A stretch of DNA of 64,000 nt from Tubiluchus corallicola (taxonomy: Eukaryota > Animalia > Priapulida), in NCBI GenBank assembly GCA_030141605.1, contig JAQGDQ010000649.1:55463-119462 (forward strand), written 5' to 3'. The translations under genes were made by a program, and so were the position numbers. The stretch's first letter is position 1. Every line of letters begins with the position of its first letter. Below the pieces are notes generated by a model. That model made no database searches. It saw only the letters and a list, made by a program, of their open reading frames with translations, and was not told where the DNA came from. Positions 24,701-38,200 of the stretch are shown in pieces.

Positions 24701-27700
24701 TAAGTTAAGCCTGGTAAGCTTAATGTAGTGAAATATATATTGCCATGGCCAAAAGAGTGGGATCGCCTCTACCTTAATCCATGTATGAAATTCAGAAAAT
24801 TCTAAGAAATTAAAAAAGAATGCGTAAATTATCTGCCACTTAGCATTAGACTTAAAAACTTGTAAATGAACGATGTAACAATGAACAATATTGACGAAAT
24901 GATTAGCGACTAATTAAAAACTGTTATTTTATTAGTTGGTCTTATATTTTTGGCCCTTACTGTATAGGTGTGCTTGAAAAGTCCCCTAGTAAGTGTGAGT
25001 TAAGACGACTGAAATTTGCTTGTCATTGCTTAAAGGAAAACCAGATGATTGTGTAAACATTAGTTCAGAATAAATAATGCTTTAAATAATAATTACCTCG
25101 GATACTCAAATTTCCTTAAACTTTCAAAGCTACACGTGGCTCAGTGAATCTACTAAGATTGGCAGCGGCGCCTTTTTGTCACATTCGCTTGGCCGACAAA
25201 TAGAAGGTGGTACTGTTGTAAGCATGATCATGAACTGCTGTGTTAGTTTCTGACATCATATGATGTAAAGCCCATTTTTCATGACATCATGCGTTTAAGC
25301 AGTACTGTAACACTTATGCAATGTACTTGATGTGCAAGGAAAGATGCCTGCCATTGCATAAACAGTGGTTAGTTTCTGACGTAAGCAATAGCTGTGCTCG
25401 GTTGCCGTTAATTGACTTTTTAAGCTAATTATTCAAATGTAAGGAACAATTGTTAACTTTTATAGGCAAGAAGACGTATTTTGGACAGTAAATTAAAATG
25501 AGATTGAGTCTAAACAATAATCCGGTTTTCCTTTAAATGAAATTCTGATGAACTGACAATCTACTGTTTACAAATTTTCTTTTTTGATTCTCAGAGCTCC
25601 AAGATTTACGGAAAGAAGATATTGAAGTTTGTTCCGATTATTGGCTGGGCATGGGTTTTCGCTGAAGTCATATTTTTAGAACGAGACTGGAACAAAGACA
25701 GGAAAGCCATCTTGAAAGCAATGGACACATTAGGAAATTTTCCTATTCCAATATGGGTGAACGATTGTTTGCTTTCTTCATTCTACGTGATCAATTTTAG
25801 TCTGAACACTAAATTATCAATTTACTTCCAAATCTTAAATTGAAATTGCTTTATTTTGCTTTCTAATTGACTATTTCATTGATTTGTTTATCGTCTTGTG
25901 TAATTATTTTAGCAGTTTGTTAGCTACCCGACTGCCTGACACTTCAGCTGATTAACTTGATTGACTAAATGGCTATCTGGCTGATTATCAGATATCACTG
26001 TAACCCGTTTATTGCCAGTTATTTCATAAGCTGCATAAACATATCTTGTTTACTTCTTATTTTATTCCGTGCTGGAGTTCCTCTTTATTTTTTTGCAATA
26101 TAAACACCTACGTAGTCATTTTTCAGTACATTGCATATTTTTACGTTTTGCTTAAAGATTCTACTGTTTTGTGAGGGGACAAGATTTACACCTGATAAAC
26201 ATAAGGCAAGTCTTGAATACGCTAGAGCGAATGGATTACCTGAACTCAAGCATCATCTTCTTCCTCGTACTAAAGGTTTTGTTCTGTCTGTTCAAGGTTT
26301 CAAAGGAAAAAGTAAGTCACATTTGTTTTTTTCTATTTCTGGTTACTTTGGTGCATTAATAATATGCTTCAAATGCACTCGTGGCACAACAACACAAAAT
26401 ACTCTCCCAGCAGATGCGTGTGCTAGGTTCTTCACAACTACTAGAACAAATGCAGTACCGTGCATACAGTTGGCATTGTGACACAGCCCAGCTATGAAAA
26501 TGCATCTCATTGCACTTGGTGCATTTTTGTGGGTTCTATTTGGATAGGTATTTTCGTTTGAATTTTACTTGCTGTTTAGTTAGATTTGCTTAGATTGGCA
26601 TGTTTTTTATTATTAACTGTGTTATTCACTGTATTGAATCTTTACTCTCACAATTCGTTTTGAGGAAAACTTATCTTTCTGCATTAAAAAGTAAATCCTA
26701 TATAAGAATCAACTAGAATGCAAATTCTTAGAAATTCGAATATTGAGTATTTCTCAGTTGATGATAATCTATCTTATGCAGTGAGAACAACAAAGTATGG
26801 ACCCAGCACTTAGACCATGTTAAGAATATAAGGTTTTGTACGAAAAAGCATGCTGGCTTTATGGAGTCAGTTGTTGTTACATTCAACCTTTACCAGACAG
26901 TTTAGTCTAGTGGCAACGCGTCCGTTTTCCATCTGAAAGGTCGTGAGTTCAATACAGCGGCTGGGTAATACCAAAGACTTTAAAAATGATACCTGTTGTT
27001 GCCCTGCCTGACACATGGTATTCTCTGTTATGTTGTTGTAGATTGTTATTTACAGTCGGTCCAAAAGCTCTTTGGTGCTTAATTGTTCATCCTAATAGCC
27101 AATTTCAAATAAACATCATTATTATTACTATTATTATTATTATCATCGTATCGTCATTGTCATCGTCATCATCATCACCATCATGTTTGGCCTAAAAACT
27201 ATCAGGCATTTGTCTTCGACTTACTAAAAGCCTGTATTTGGTGTACAGTCCAGTGTTGTATATTATTAATGTTACGTACTTGTGACTGAACCAAGTGTAG
27301 CTCATTGTCAAAGATAATTGTTTAATTGCAGACGCTGCAAGCCGTGTTCTAGCCCTCTTACTGTAAATGGTTTGTATCTTACAATGGCACCAGACCTCAC
27401 TGTCAAGTTTAATTCTCTAAAATGAAATTTTGAACGGCACAGGTGTCTTCAGATTCGTATATATTATACTGTTATTCAGATCAGATTAATAGATCAAAAC
27501 AGTATAACATATGAAACGACTAAAATCAGGTTTGTTATTTGGTAACAATTCATTTGCTAAGCTGATTCTGCACTGTTTAACTGTTATAGCCAAGTACATA
27601 CGTGCATGCAACTATTTCCCATTTGGCATATGCAATTCTGTGTGATACTTTGTTGGATCGTGCTTAGTTTTTACCCCTCAGCATTATCATGTTGTTTACT

Positions 27701-30700
27701 CTTGGTAAGAAAGAGCTTCTTACATTTTCTGTGCATTTAGTTCAGGTTGTTTATGATTGCGTGGTCGGATTTCAACATGAAGGAGACAAGCCACCATCTT
27801 TGATGAATATTGTAAATGGCGTACCAGCAAGAGCGCAAATGATAGTCAGGTACGTAGTGTAACTGCTTTGTGTGCTGTGTAAAACTGAAATGGGACTTAG
27901 TATGCCTTATTGCAAAAATCGCAGCATTTGTTACCAATAATCTGTAAACTAATTATGACGTCTATATGACAGAGCATGTACTAAGTGAAAGCCATGTAAT
28001 CTGTGATAGCTAATCAGCTGATATCATGAAAGCTGTGACACTTTGGCAATTTGTACCTGGGGTTGGGACATAACAAAACATGACAACAATGCAGAATGAT
28101 ACTTAGTGTATGAATTCATTACTACATAATGCTGCGTTCTACATGATGTAACTACAAAACATTGTATGTCTTGACAACAAACTATGAAAAATCTGGGGTT
28201 TACCAAAATTGTAAATTTTTCAGTTTGCATGGTAAGTAGAAAAGTAAAAGAGCAAATACAGAATACAGAGTAATTTATTTGCCTCAATAACATGACCAAC
28301 ATAGCATTAACAAATGATGTGACTACTAAGGGAGACAGGGTGGTGAAAAAACCAAAAGGTCATCGAGTCTACCACCCTTCTACTAATTTAATAACAAAAC
28401 TCAACTTAGATTAGTACTGTGAGCTGTGTAAATACAAAACTCTACTTAGATTAGTACTGTGAGCTGTGTAAATTAAACTATAATGTAAATGTAAATTAAA
28501 TTCTTATATTTTATCTAAAGCATTATTCTTGTATAGCAGCAGTTGTTAGTTAGTAGCGCATGCATATGTTATACGTGCATAGCTGGATTAGTCAGTAATA
28601 TGTAAAAATAATTTTAAGTTACAAATTAAAAATTAATCAATACTTTGTCATATAGCATAACTGTGTTAATAACAAATAGAGATTAATAAGTGATATATAA
28701 AACAACTAAAAGACAACAATTGCTGCAAGCTACTTATGTAAAAAATTGCTTTATTCCATTTTAACAAACTTATGCAGCGCAATGCTAATCAGGCAGATAA
28801 AAACCACTTCTCAATTCATGTTTTCTGTACACACATAAGTGCATTCATGTATTCTGTTTTAAAAACATTCCCACGGGTATAATAGCTTGGGAAATGAATT
28901 GCTGTATAGCGGTGTTGAATACTAACCAAACTAATCATATATTCTAATTTTTAGGCGAATACCATTGGAAGAAATTCCAACTGCTACAGAACAAGAGTGT
29001 TCAGACTGGCTTATTAAATTATATCAAGAAAAGGTAATAATATCAATAATAGGCCTATGTGTTTTCCAGTTTGTATTGTGTAAGTTGCCGGCACAATCAA
29101 GTGCTAGGCTATTTTTAAAACAACAGTTTTACTTTTCAAAAGTATGCAAAATGGTTTCCGATAAGATAAAGCAGGAGTGTGCAAACTGCGGCCAGCCGAG
29201 AGATCTTGTGCGCGCGAAGAGGTTTGTCGATGTAATGAAAGTGCGGCCCAGGCAATCCATCTGAAGTCCGCGCCAATATCACAAAGATGTTGCGGGTAGT
29301 TTTTTTCCTCTAGATCGGATGCCATTAACCTTTACAAGACCGTTGTCACTTAGTGTCACTCTCGGACATGACGAAATATTTGGTTTTTAATTTAAATTTT
29401 AATAACTTCTAAAATAGTTTCCTGAGTGTAGTAGTGCAGTAGAAATGATGTGCGCAAATCGGATGCAAAAACAATCGTTATTAGGTCCTACTATACTTGG
29501 CTCCTTGACCAAACTGCATGTGGCACACAGGAATTGCGGGAAAGCTTAATGTGGCCCAGCTAGTCAGATAATTTGTACACCGGGAAAGCTTAATGTGGCC
29601 CAGCTAGTCAGATAATTTGCACACCCCTGAGATAAAGCGTAGTTGCTTAAATGGTACTCATGCTATTTCCTGTGAATTTCATAGTAATCTTTGTTGTTGT
29701 GTAAACGTTTGTTGCAAAATTAAGCTTAAACCTTGCTCTGCAAAATAATGGCACAAAAATGAATACAATAAACACTTGTATATTGAGTTGATTAAAGGAA
29801 GGATAGTTTGTTTTAACTACTAGTTCATAATAAGTTAGCGGGGTATATACCTCACCCCACTAAATACGCATATCATGTTGTAAAAAACAGTTCAAACACT
29901 CTAAATGTAGACTGTTTTTTGTAACAGTAAGTTATTCCTTTCAGTTTGCATCTGAAGTGACTTCACAGTAATTGAGTAGCAATTAATAGAGTTTAGTGAC
30001 AAGCAATGGACATATTTGCAGTATGGGGGAGCAGTTCCTCTGGAAATTTTATAAGTTATTTGCAGTATAGGGGAGCAGTTCCTCTGGAAATTTTATAAGT
30101 TATTTGCAGTATAGGGGAGCAGTTCCTCTGCAAATTTTATAAGTTATTTGCAGTATGGGGGAGGAGTTCCTCTGCAAATTTTTGCAGAGAACATAGTGTA
30201 ATATCGGCAAGCACAGAGCAAATGCAAAAGTTGCTGGTAATATAGTAGGCAGCTTGTATTTGCTGATGAAAATAAGAAAAACAAGTGAAAATGTGACATC
30301 TTATTTTAGCAGATGAGCAAATTATTATTTTACAAACTCATTTCAGTTAATTATAACAACACTAATTATTAAAGTAACTGGTAGCTAATTAATTTAGTAG
30401 TGACAGTTAATCTACCACATCTACACTGGCTATTTTCATCTAGATGATGGACTCCAAGATCATATAGATAAATAACAATGTATGTTGACTAACATTGAAT
30501 AGTGCAAAGGATGATTCACATAAACATACTAATGCTGACACACATTGCACAGTACCACACATTTCAATTTCAAAATAATTTATTCGTTTAACATATATCT
30601 TAATCACATTAGTTTTGAAATACAATATATAATCAGTAAAGTAAAAAAATAATTATTTGAAAATGATCACTGTTATTAAAAGAGATAATGAAGGGAGACC

Positions 30701-32208
30701 TAAGAAGTTGTGGCTTATGGCAGGGAACCCCTAAGTGTTTTAATAATAATTTTATAAAGCAGTATATTTTAGTTGTTAATCGTTAGTGATTTTGTATTTT
30801 ACAATTCTAAGATTAAAAGTTACTGCTTGTTCCAAGGAAACCTTACACTGTTGTGACCAAAGTTCTTATTTTAGAGTTATCTAGTTATAAACAGAGATTT
30901 AAAATCAACTTTTTATATGTTGATTTAAACATTGATACATTATAAAAGACTTGTCCATTATAGCTAAACAGATGAGACTAACAGACATAGTATGTTTGAA
31001 GTCTGTTTTAGTAAAACCTGTTATAGCAAGAATTGATTGTGATGTACATGTTATTCAGTGTGGATTATTGCTAATATTGACACCGTCGTCATTTTTCAGG
31101 ACGAATTATTTGAGCATTTTCTTAAGGAGGGAACCTTTCCGGGCCACAGATTCAAAGTGCCACGGTCCTGTCGATCCCTGATCGTGGAGTGCGTTTGGTC
31201 CGCTTTACTTCTGCCTCCACTTTTCTATTACTTAGGTCGATTAGTCATGTCTGGTTCCATTTACTTATACGTTGGCATACTTGTTATAGCAGTATTAAGT
31301 AAGTATGAATAATGTTTTTGTACTCTTTAAGAGCATAACTGTTACAAGAGCAATATATATCTGTTTTATCTTAGCATGTAATTAAAATGTTGTGATATTT
31401 TTTGAAGTAAATAGTAAAGTGTGTAAGCACCATATTTGATGACTACAGTCAACCTCGGGTATAACGTACTCGCTTATAAGGGACCACCAACACTGGTTTT
31501 TCTTAACGAATTTCCTATGTAGAAATCTTCGTATATAAGGTGCTCGGATATAAGGGACTTTCAGTTATAAGGGATGATATCTTCAGGTCCCACGTAATAG
31601 AAACCCAGGTAAATTACCTCGCATATAAGGGACCATATGATCAAAGCGAAATTGATCGATTTTTTAACCACAATTTTTCGCAAACTCGGCCTTCACGCAA
31701 CTCGGTTTCCATGGTCGCATACATCTCGCATCACTGAAGGAGCTTCCTACACACCGTTTACACTGAATGTGTAGCAATAATCCATAAAAATATGGGTAAA
31801 AGTACAGAAAAGTTCAGGTCTAGATACACCGTCGGTCTGACTCAACTTCGGCTATAAGGGACATCGGATATAAGGTCCCGATGCGTCCCGTATATCCGAG
31901 GTTGACTATTTCATGGACTTCCCGAAGCAATAATTGTAGTTTAACAAGAAGACCCAGGATAATTTTCAGTCGAGATCAAGCGTATCATGCAAAATAAACA
32001 AAATGAACACGAAAAGACATTAGTATACATTGGAGTTTTAAATTAGATTGGATTAGATTTGATTCATGAATTAATGATTCAGTAATTCCTTATATTATAG
32101 CAATGTTTTTTCATTTGATTTTTAGTTTCGCTTGGCGTATCAAAGATGATCAAACTTACGCAGGTACAGCATGGATCAGCATACGGAAAAGACACCAAGT
32201 CACTATAA
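21701..32208 (+). CDS. AGPAT3: 1-acyl-sn-glycerol-3-phosphate acyltransferase, AGPAT3/AGPAT4 (LPAAT gamma/delta) type, 9 coding exons, 378 aa
   Basis: Exons 21701-21749, 22206-22334, 24071-24243, 25595-25756, 26158-26311, 27741-27849, 28955-29033, 31100-31298, 32126-32208; GT-AG, phases consistent, 1137 nt total. Motifs NHSYEID (NHx4D), FLERDW, FCEGTR, HHLLPRTKGF, C-terminal GSAYG. AGPAT3 versus AGPAT4 cannot be resolved; likely a co-orthologue. Confidence 0.94.
22655..23850. mobile_element. Foldback-like element with ggtaaaaatggcacag subterminal repeats, carrying a nested insertion (about 23080-23422)
   Basis: Repeats at 22665-22765 are mirrored at 23770-23846; the nested segment has aaagtttcatggaaatc, a short acag/aaac tract and ends acttccttggtagaggtaa. 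Confidence 0.65.
25034..25532 (+). mobile_element. Kolobok-type MITE family B, copy 1 (AGPAT intron 3)
   Basis: TTAA|AGGAAAACCAGA...TCCGGTTTTCCT|TTAA; TTAA TSD with purine-purine termini; about 50-bp internal deletion relative to the other copies. Confidence 0.88.
26895..27020 (+). mobile_element. tRNA-derived SINE relic
   Basis: A-box-like tagtctagtgg, B-box-like gagttcaatac, followed by taataccaaagactttaaaaatgatacc, which resembles a conserved metazoan SINE central domain. Confidence 0.6.
29172..29629. mobile_element. hAT (Charlie-like) MITE
   Basis: TIR CAGGAGTGTGCAAA / TTTGCACACCCCTG; perfect 8-bp TSD AGATAAAG (29164-29171 and 29630-29637); internal ~43-bp tandem duplication near the right end. 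Confidence 0.9.
30013..30186. repeat. 44-bp tandem repeat, about 4 copies
   Basis: Unit TATTTGCAGTATRGGGGAGCAGTTCCTCTGSAAATTTTATAAGT. Confidence 0.9.
31446..31907 (-). mobile_element. pogo/Tigger-type MITE family A, copy 2 (inverted)
   Basis: TA|CAGTCAACCTCGG...CCGAGGTTGACT; reverse complement of 8171-8645. Confidence 0.88.
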
Positions 32209-32440
32209 CCTTGTTTCCTTCCTAGCAAACCGTTATTGTTTAATGCTGAAGATGATTTAACCAAAAAACTTGTTATATGTGTAGAAGGGCATCAGGGTTT
32301 CATTTTGCATTTTTATACTATCATTTATGTTACGTTTTTATTTTTATGTTACGCACATTTTAGCGCCTTAACGTGCAATTGCAAAATCCATCCGTATGAG
32401 AATACTGGAAAATGATATTCACTCCAGGTTCCGCATTTAA

Positions 32441-32990
32441 AGGAAAACCGGATGATCGTGTAAACATGAGTTCAGAATAAAGAATGCTCTAAAATATTGA
32501 AAACTACAATTAGCTTATTTTAAATCAAAGCTTAGATTAAATAATAATTACGTCGGATACTCAAATTTTGTTAAACTTTCAAAACTACGCACATCTCGGT
32601 GAATCCACTAAGATTGGCAGCGGCACCTTTTTGTCACATTCACGTGTCCAACAAATAGAAGGCGGTACCGTGATAACCATGATGATGAACTGCAGTGTTA
32701 GTTTCTGACGTCATATGATGTAAAGCCCATTTTTCGTGACATCATGCGTTTAAACAGTACTGTAACTCTCATGCAAGTGTACTTGATGCACAAGGGAAGA
32801 CGCCTGCCATTGCACAAACTGTGGTTAGTTTCTGATGTAAGCAATAGCTGTGTTCGGTTGCCGTTAATTAACTTTCTAAGCTAATTATTCAAATATAAGG
32901 AACAACTGTTAAATTTTACAGGCAAGAAAATGTATATTTTGTACAGTAAATTAAAATGAGATTGAGTCTAAACAATCGTCCGGTCTTCCT
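32441..32990 (+). mobile_element. Kolobok-type MITE family B, copy 2 (AGPAT 3' region)
   Basis: TTAA|AGGAAAACCGGA...TCCGGTCTTCCT|TTAA, 550 bp. Confidence 0.9.
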
Positions 32991-34925
32991 TTAAATGAAC
33001 AGAAAGTAGCTTAAATTGTTTTATATTGTTGTTTAGTAGTTGTAGCCCGGTCTAGACTAAATTCTGTGTTTGCATTGAGTTTTGAGCTGGGCATGAGAAT
33101 ACATTAGCTTATATTTTATGACGAAGTTTTGTCGTTTTTTTACTTGTCGTAGCTTTTTGCATTGTAGCTCAACAGTGATTAATTCAGAACATTTGAAATG
33201 GAAAAGTTTTCCAAATGTTTCATTAATGCTATTTTTACTCTTGTTTTTCTTGTTGTTCTAGAATAATTCACATTTTATAAATTTTTAGTAATTTTTTGAC
33301 AAATCTGATTAATTGTTTAGAAAGTAAATCACGATAATTTTTATTTTAGCGAATGAATGCACCCATAGTGCCTTTACAATTGCTTTCGAGATTATTTGGG
33401 TTTCCCAAGTTTTAAAAAGTTTTGCTGCTGAAGCTTGAAGCAGTTATGAACGACCGTGTGCTCAAACGTGTGTTACTTTAAAGTTAATTAAACTATCATT
33501 CATTTTAATATTCTCAGATTAGTCATTAAATCCTTGAAGACAATTAAAACATTTGCACATTTTTGTAAACAAAGTCTTTTTATCCTTTGTGGTGTAAATA
33601 AATCATTTCCATACTTCATTTTCTACCCAAATGGCATATTATATGTCACCTATCAGCTGGAACTAAAATGATAGGATAATTTGACTCTGGGGTGTTTGCT
33701 GTGCATTTATAGCAATATAGAAATTGTAAAGAATTTACTTTGAAATTTTTTGACTTGCAGTTAGAATTATTTGCCTGTCTACTTATTCGTTCGGACCTAA
33801 TGACATTTAACCATAAATAAAAAAGAATTCTTCAAATTTTCAACCCATTTGGTATGTTTTTACCACGTCTAATACAAAAGCTGCCGTCTAGTTTGGTTTT
33901 TTCAGTTGTGGTATAAATCCATTTATAACTGCATCATTCGAATTTGAAATGGAGTAAAGAAAATCTTTGCATTGTGTATGTTACCGTCGTCGTCAACTGG
34001 TAACGTGTTGCTTAAAACTAAGTTGTACGTTTTGCGATGCATCAACACTTTTAACGATGTCTAGAATTTAGCACTGTAATTGCATTTTCGTAGAAATGAT
34101 ATCGCCTTAATATGAGTGACAGCTAATTTTTCACATTTTAGCATTTTTATATGAAATTTCACTAATTTTTGTTTTTAAACATTTTTCCATGCTTTTTCTC
34201 TAGCACTCTTCTGTAGAGGCAACAGAGAATCGTAAATTTTTATGTTTAAAAAAGAAATTTTTATAGCTAATTAGCTGCACTGTGATCAGTTGTGTGATTT
34301 TTGATATTTTAGGTAAAATTGCTATTTGTTTATAATAAATAATTATTATGAAGAATCACAAATGTTTTAATATTTTAATGCAACTGCATATGATTTGCAC
34401 CTATTAAAAGTAATTTGTCACGTCTTTGTAAGTACTGTAAGTGAATTAAAATCTGCATGGTATTTGGGTATAATTCAATACAACTGTACGCCAGTAAGAA
34501 ACTGTTAAATAAACTGTATTTATTTAGTACTAAGTTAAATCCCATCAAATTTACTGGGAATGCAAAATTACTGTGAACTTATAAACACACCTACACTTTA
34601 ATTCTCTATTAATTATAATATTTGTTCGTATGTCTGTCTCTCTGTGTGTCTGTCCATTATCAACTTTTCTAGTTGTGTTAATTGTGTGTATTAACACACT
34701 GTTCATTGTGTTAATAATTTTTCTATGATGTATATAATTGTATTGGTGTTCTTAGAAGTGTTTATGTAGATATAAAATAGTCACTAGTGCACATACTAGG
34801 AGTTGTGGCTCTTACTGTAGGTTTTCATTTTATATTTGAATTTCTAACTAATACTTATAATCTTAGGTTTGATTTTCGCAATCTTAATTACTGCTGGCCA
34901 GCTTAGTGAGACGTGTACATTGTAG

Positions 34926-35093
34926 TGACTTTTTGTTTATGACTGCACCCAGTTATGACAAGGTATTCTAAGATGCCGTACCTTGCAGTACAGATATTAC
35001 AGTATTTTCTGACTTTGTGTTTATGACTGCACCCAGTTATGACAAGGTATTCCAAGATGCCGTACCTTGCAGTACAGAAATTACAGTATTTTC
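34926..35093. repeat. 84-bp tandem duplication just upstream of SASH1
   Basis: Two near-identical copies of gacttt..gcacccagttatgacaagg..cagtattt. Confidence 0.9.
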
Positions 35094-35286
35094 CCAGTTT
35101 AGACATTTTTAGCCAGCAAATAGTGAACATAGAAAGGAAGGAAGTTGTACATTGTCATGATTGTGAGTAATAGGAAACATTTCCTGTTAAACTTTGGATC
35201 TATGCTGCACCTCCATCTGATGTGGTGAAGTGCCACATGTAATTATTTTCACCCACATCTGAGCAAAAATAGGTTTGTTAATTAAT

Positions 35287-38200
35287 ATGGATAGCGGTGG
35301 AAAACGGAAATCATTGGAAAAGGTAAGTGCATTGATCATTATGACCTACCTGTTGAACTAACTGATTGAGATACGATATGTGAGCTGTTAGGTTCATGCA
35401 GTATTTTAATTGAAGTCTTGCTGGTACATTTTCTTCTTAACCTAAGTGTATTAATTTCTGGCGTGATTTAATTTTGTTTGTTTCCTTGAAATCGTGTACT
35501 AATTTAAAACCAGAGTAAGTGAGAGCTTTTATACGAAATTATATATACATTGGGCAGTAACTGTACATAAGTGAAAACAGAAGTACTCAAATTTCTTTAA
35601 CCTGCCGAATGGTTTTGGTCAACTTATCAGTGTTTATTAAGACTTCAAAATGAGCCTTTTGAAGGTTAAAAGTAAATCGTGCGCAAAACATGGTACTCGG
35701 GTAGAAGAGTAGAGGTCACTATCTTCTTGTGAGGCTGTCAAGTTTTCATTCAGGAGAGTTTATTCAGTTTTTATTTATCCACTCATCATTTTTAGCCTAG
35801 TGAGAAATTGAAGTCAAGAGGTTTGAGCAATCGCATGCGACGACTGACTAATGACTTCAAGAGACGCGTCTCATACAGTCTGGCGAAGTCACCAAAGGAC
35901 AAGGTTTTTATTTTGCAATATAATGTTGCTTGCATTTATAATCTGTCTGCTCTCTATTCTGTAGCAGGTGTGTTTCCTCGTTTTTCACTTGTCAAAAAGA
36001 AAAGCTAAACAGTTTTTTTTATAATCACCATCTTATAACTATGGTTTAATAATGTATCTGATAATAATATTGTTAGTTTTTTATAATGTTGACTGCTAGT
36101 AACCATAGAAATGTCGAAAATTAGAGAAAATGTGTGTAATCGATTACTTTATGACCAATGTTTACGGCTGCATGAAATTATTAAAAAACTTCATGGCTAT
36201 TTGTAAAAGCAGATTCTGAAGGAGACATGGCTTCTAAATTGCCCGGGCCTTAAATAAGACACCCCTGCTACATTTAATGGTAAAAATTTTCTTCTCTCCT
36301 CAGGTTTTTGTGTTATTACTTTCATTATTGATTGAAATAATTCTCAAAATTGTGTTTATTGATGCGAGAAATGACGTTAGTAGTTCTGGCATAAAGTGAG
36401 GATTATTAATTTTGTAGAGCCCCAGAGGCAGTAAAGAAGATTTAAAACACGAAGATTTCTGGGCTGATGCTCCAACCTTGGGTCCTCCAACTGACACACA
36501 GTGCGGAGTCAGTGGTGATTCAGCAGAAAGTCTTACTAGTCTCATGGACCAGTTGACACCAGGTATTTCATTTCATTTTAAATGTCAGTGAGTCGTCCGT
36601 TCACACCTACATTGTTGCATATGGTACTTAGAATAATCGCACAGTTTCTCAAAACTTTCAGATAACTGTACCCATAATACCGTAGAATCGGCTGGAATAA
36701 TCTATACACCATAAGGTCTTCCTATAATGTTCTGGAACTTTTTGTAATTATACAGAGTAGACTGCCGGAAAGCACAGTCAGACGCAGATATTAGTTCAAA
36801 ACAGATTGATAGGCTGGTGTGTGAAAAATATTTTTCATTGGGCAAATTTTGTGCTTTGGATTTTCGTGTGCTCACCTGGTTTATAATTGCTCTTGGTAGA
36901 CTGTTTTAGATTCATACACATGTTTTTTATGTTTGGCGAACATGGCTGATCAAAATTACAAATACAGATGCGCAATTATATCATAAAATATCATATACGT
37001 GTACAAATAAATTCTGTCAACATTGGGTTACAGTGTTTAACAAAAAATCACGTGCAACACTGTGTGTTTCTCACGGTAAAACGAAAAATGGTATTCATCC
37101 TCTATTGTGTTACGTACTTTACACAAGCGATTTCTCGTGGTATATATGGTCTTTCATATCACCCATTCACTATTGCAAGGTTATGACCACTTGTTCTGAG
37201 TTTGGTGAGAGCTCTTTCTGTGTTTATTATTGGTCTATTATGATAACTATATTATACTGCTTGTAATGCATTATCTTATTTTTGTCTGTGGCATTAACGA
37301 CCTTAGACATTGATTTCACCTGTTTTAATATAACCTAAGTTGTTTTAAGTAATTATTTTAATAGAGTTTCTTTGTTAGTAATTAATTAAAAACCATGTTT
37401 GGTTTTTTTGTTTCATTCACCAAACAAGATCTGCTTTATTCTGGTCCTTGTGTTTGAACACGTACCATTAACCTGATGTGAAAACGACATACATGAAAAA
37501 AAAAATTGCCTGGTAGTATCATGAGAACATACATGTCCTAGCTAGACAGCAGCAAGTGACACAATTTGTTTATATCTTAAAATGTTTTAGTTACGTGTTT
37601 GAAAATCATGTATTAAATGTGCTGCACGAGGCATACGGTTCATGCCTGTGACTTCCTCAGGTTTGCCAATAACCCGGCTAGCTTCAATTGTTTTATTTAT
37701 GCAAAAATGTCAGAGCACTGCTGGAATAATTGATAGAAAATGAGAGCACCACTGTGGAGAGTAGTGAAATTACTCTGTTGGCTTTGAAAGATGCCATTTT
37801 TACACATTTTACTTGCACTATTTGAAGTTGAAGGTATTCAGTGAGAAAACACATCACATTGAAACTTACTGAAGTATAGGTTTTACACATCAAATGTAGA
37901 CACAGGAAAGCTCAAATGTGACTTAGGTAACTCAAATGTAGACATAAGAATTTCAAATGTGTTTTGGTAACTCAAATGTGACTTAGGTAAGTCAAATGTA
38001 GATGCATTACTTTGAATAAATCGGTAATTAACTCATTTAAGTGCAAATTACAAAAAGATAAACTAAAGATAGTCATCACCTCTTTCATAACTTTGAAAAA
38101 TGCGTTGTTTATCCTCAAACTAAATTCCTTGATAAACCATAACGTCGGTAGAAAAGAATAAATTGGTTCCCACTTCCCAATGAACAGTGAATCACTAATT

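Noticed and set aside
26895-26965. Possible tRNA gene
   Set aside because: No intact cloverleaf or acceptor stem; it continues into SINE-like body sequence.
32197-32208. AGPAT C-terminal KSL as a peroxisomal or ER-retrieval signal
   Set aside because: Not a PTS1 (SKL-type) and not a canonical KKxx/KxKxx motif.
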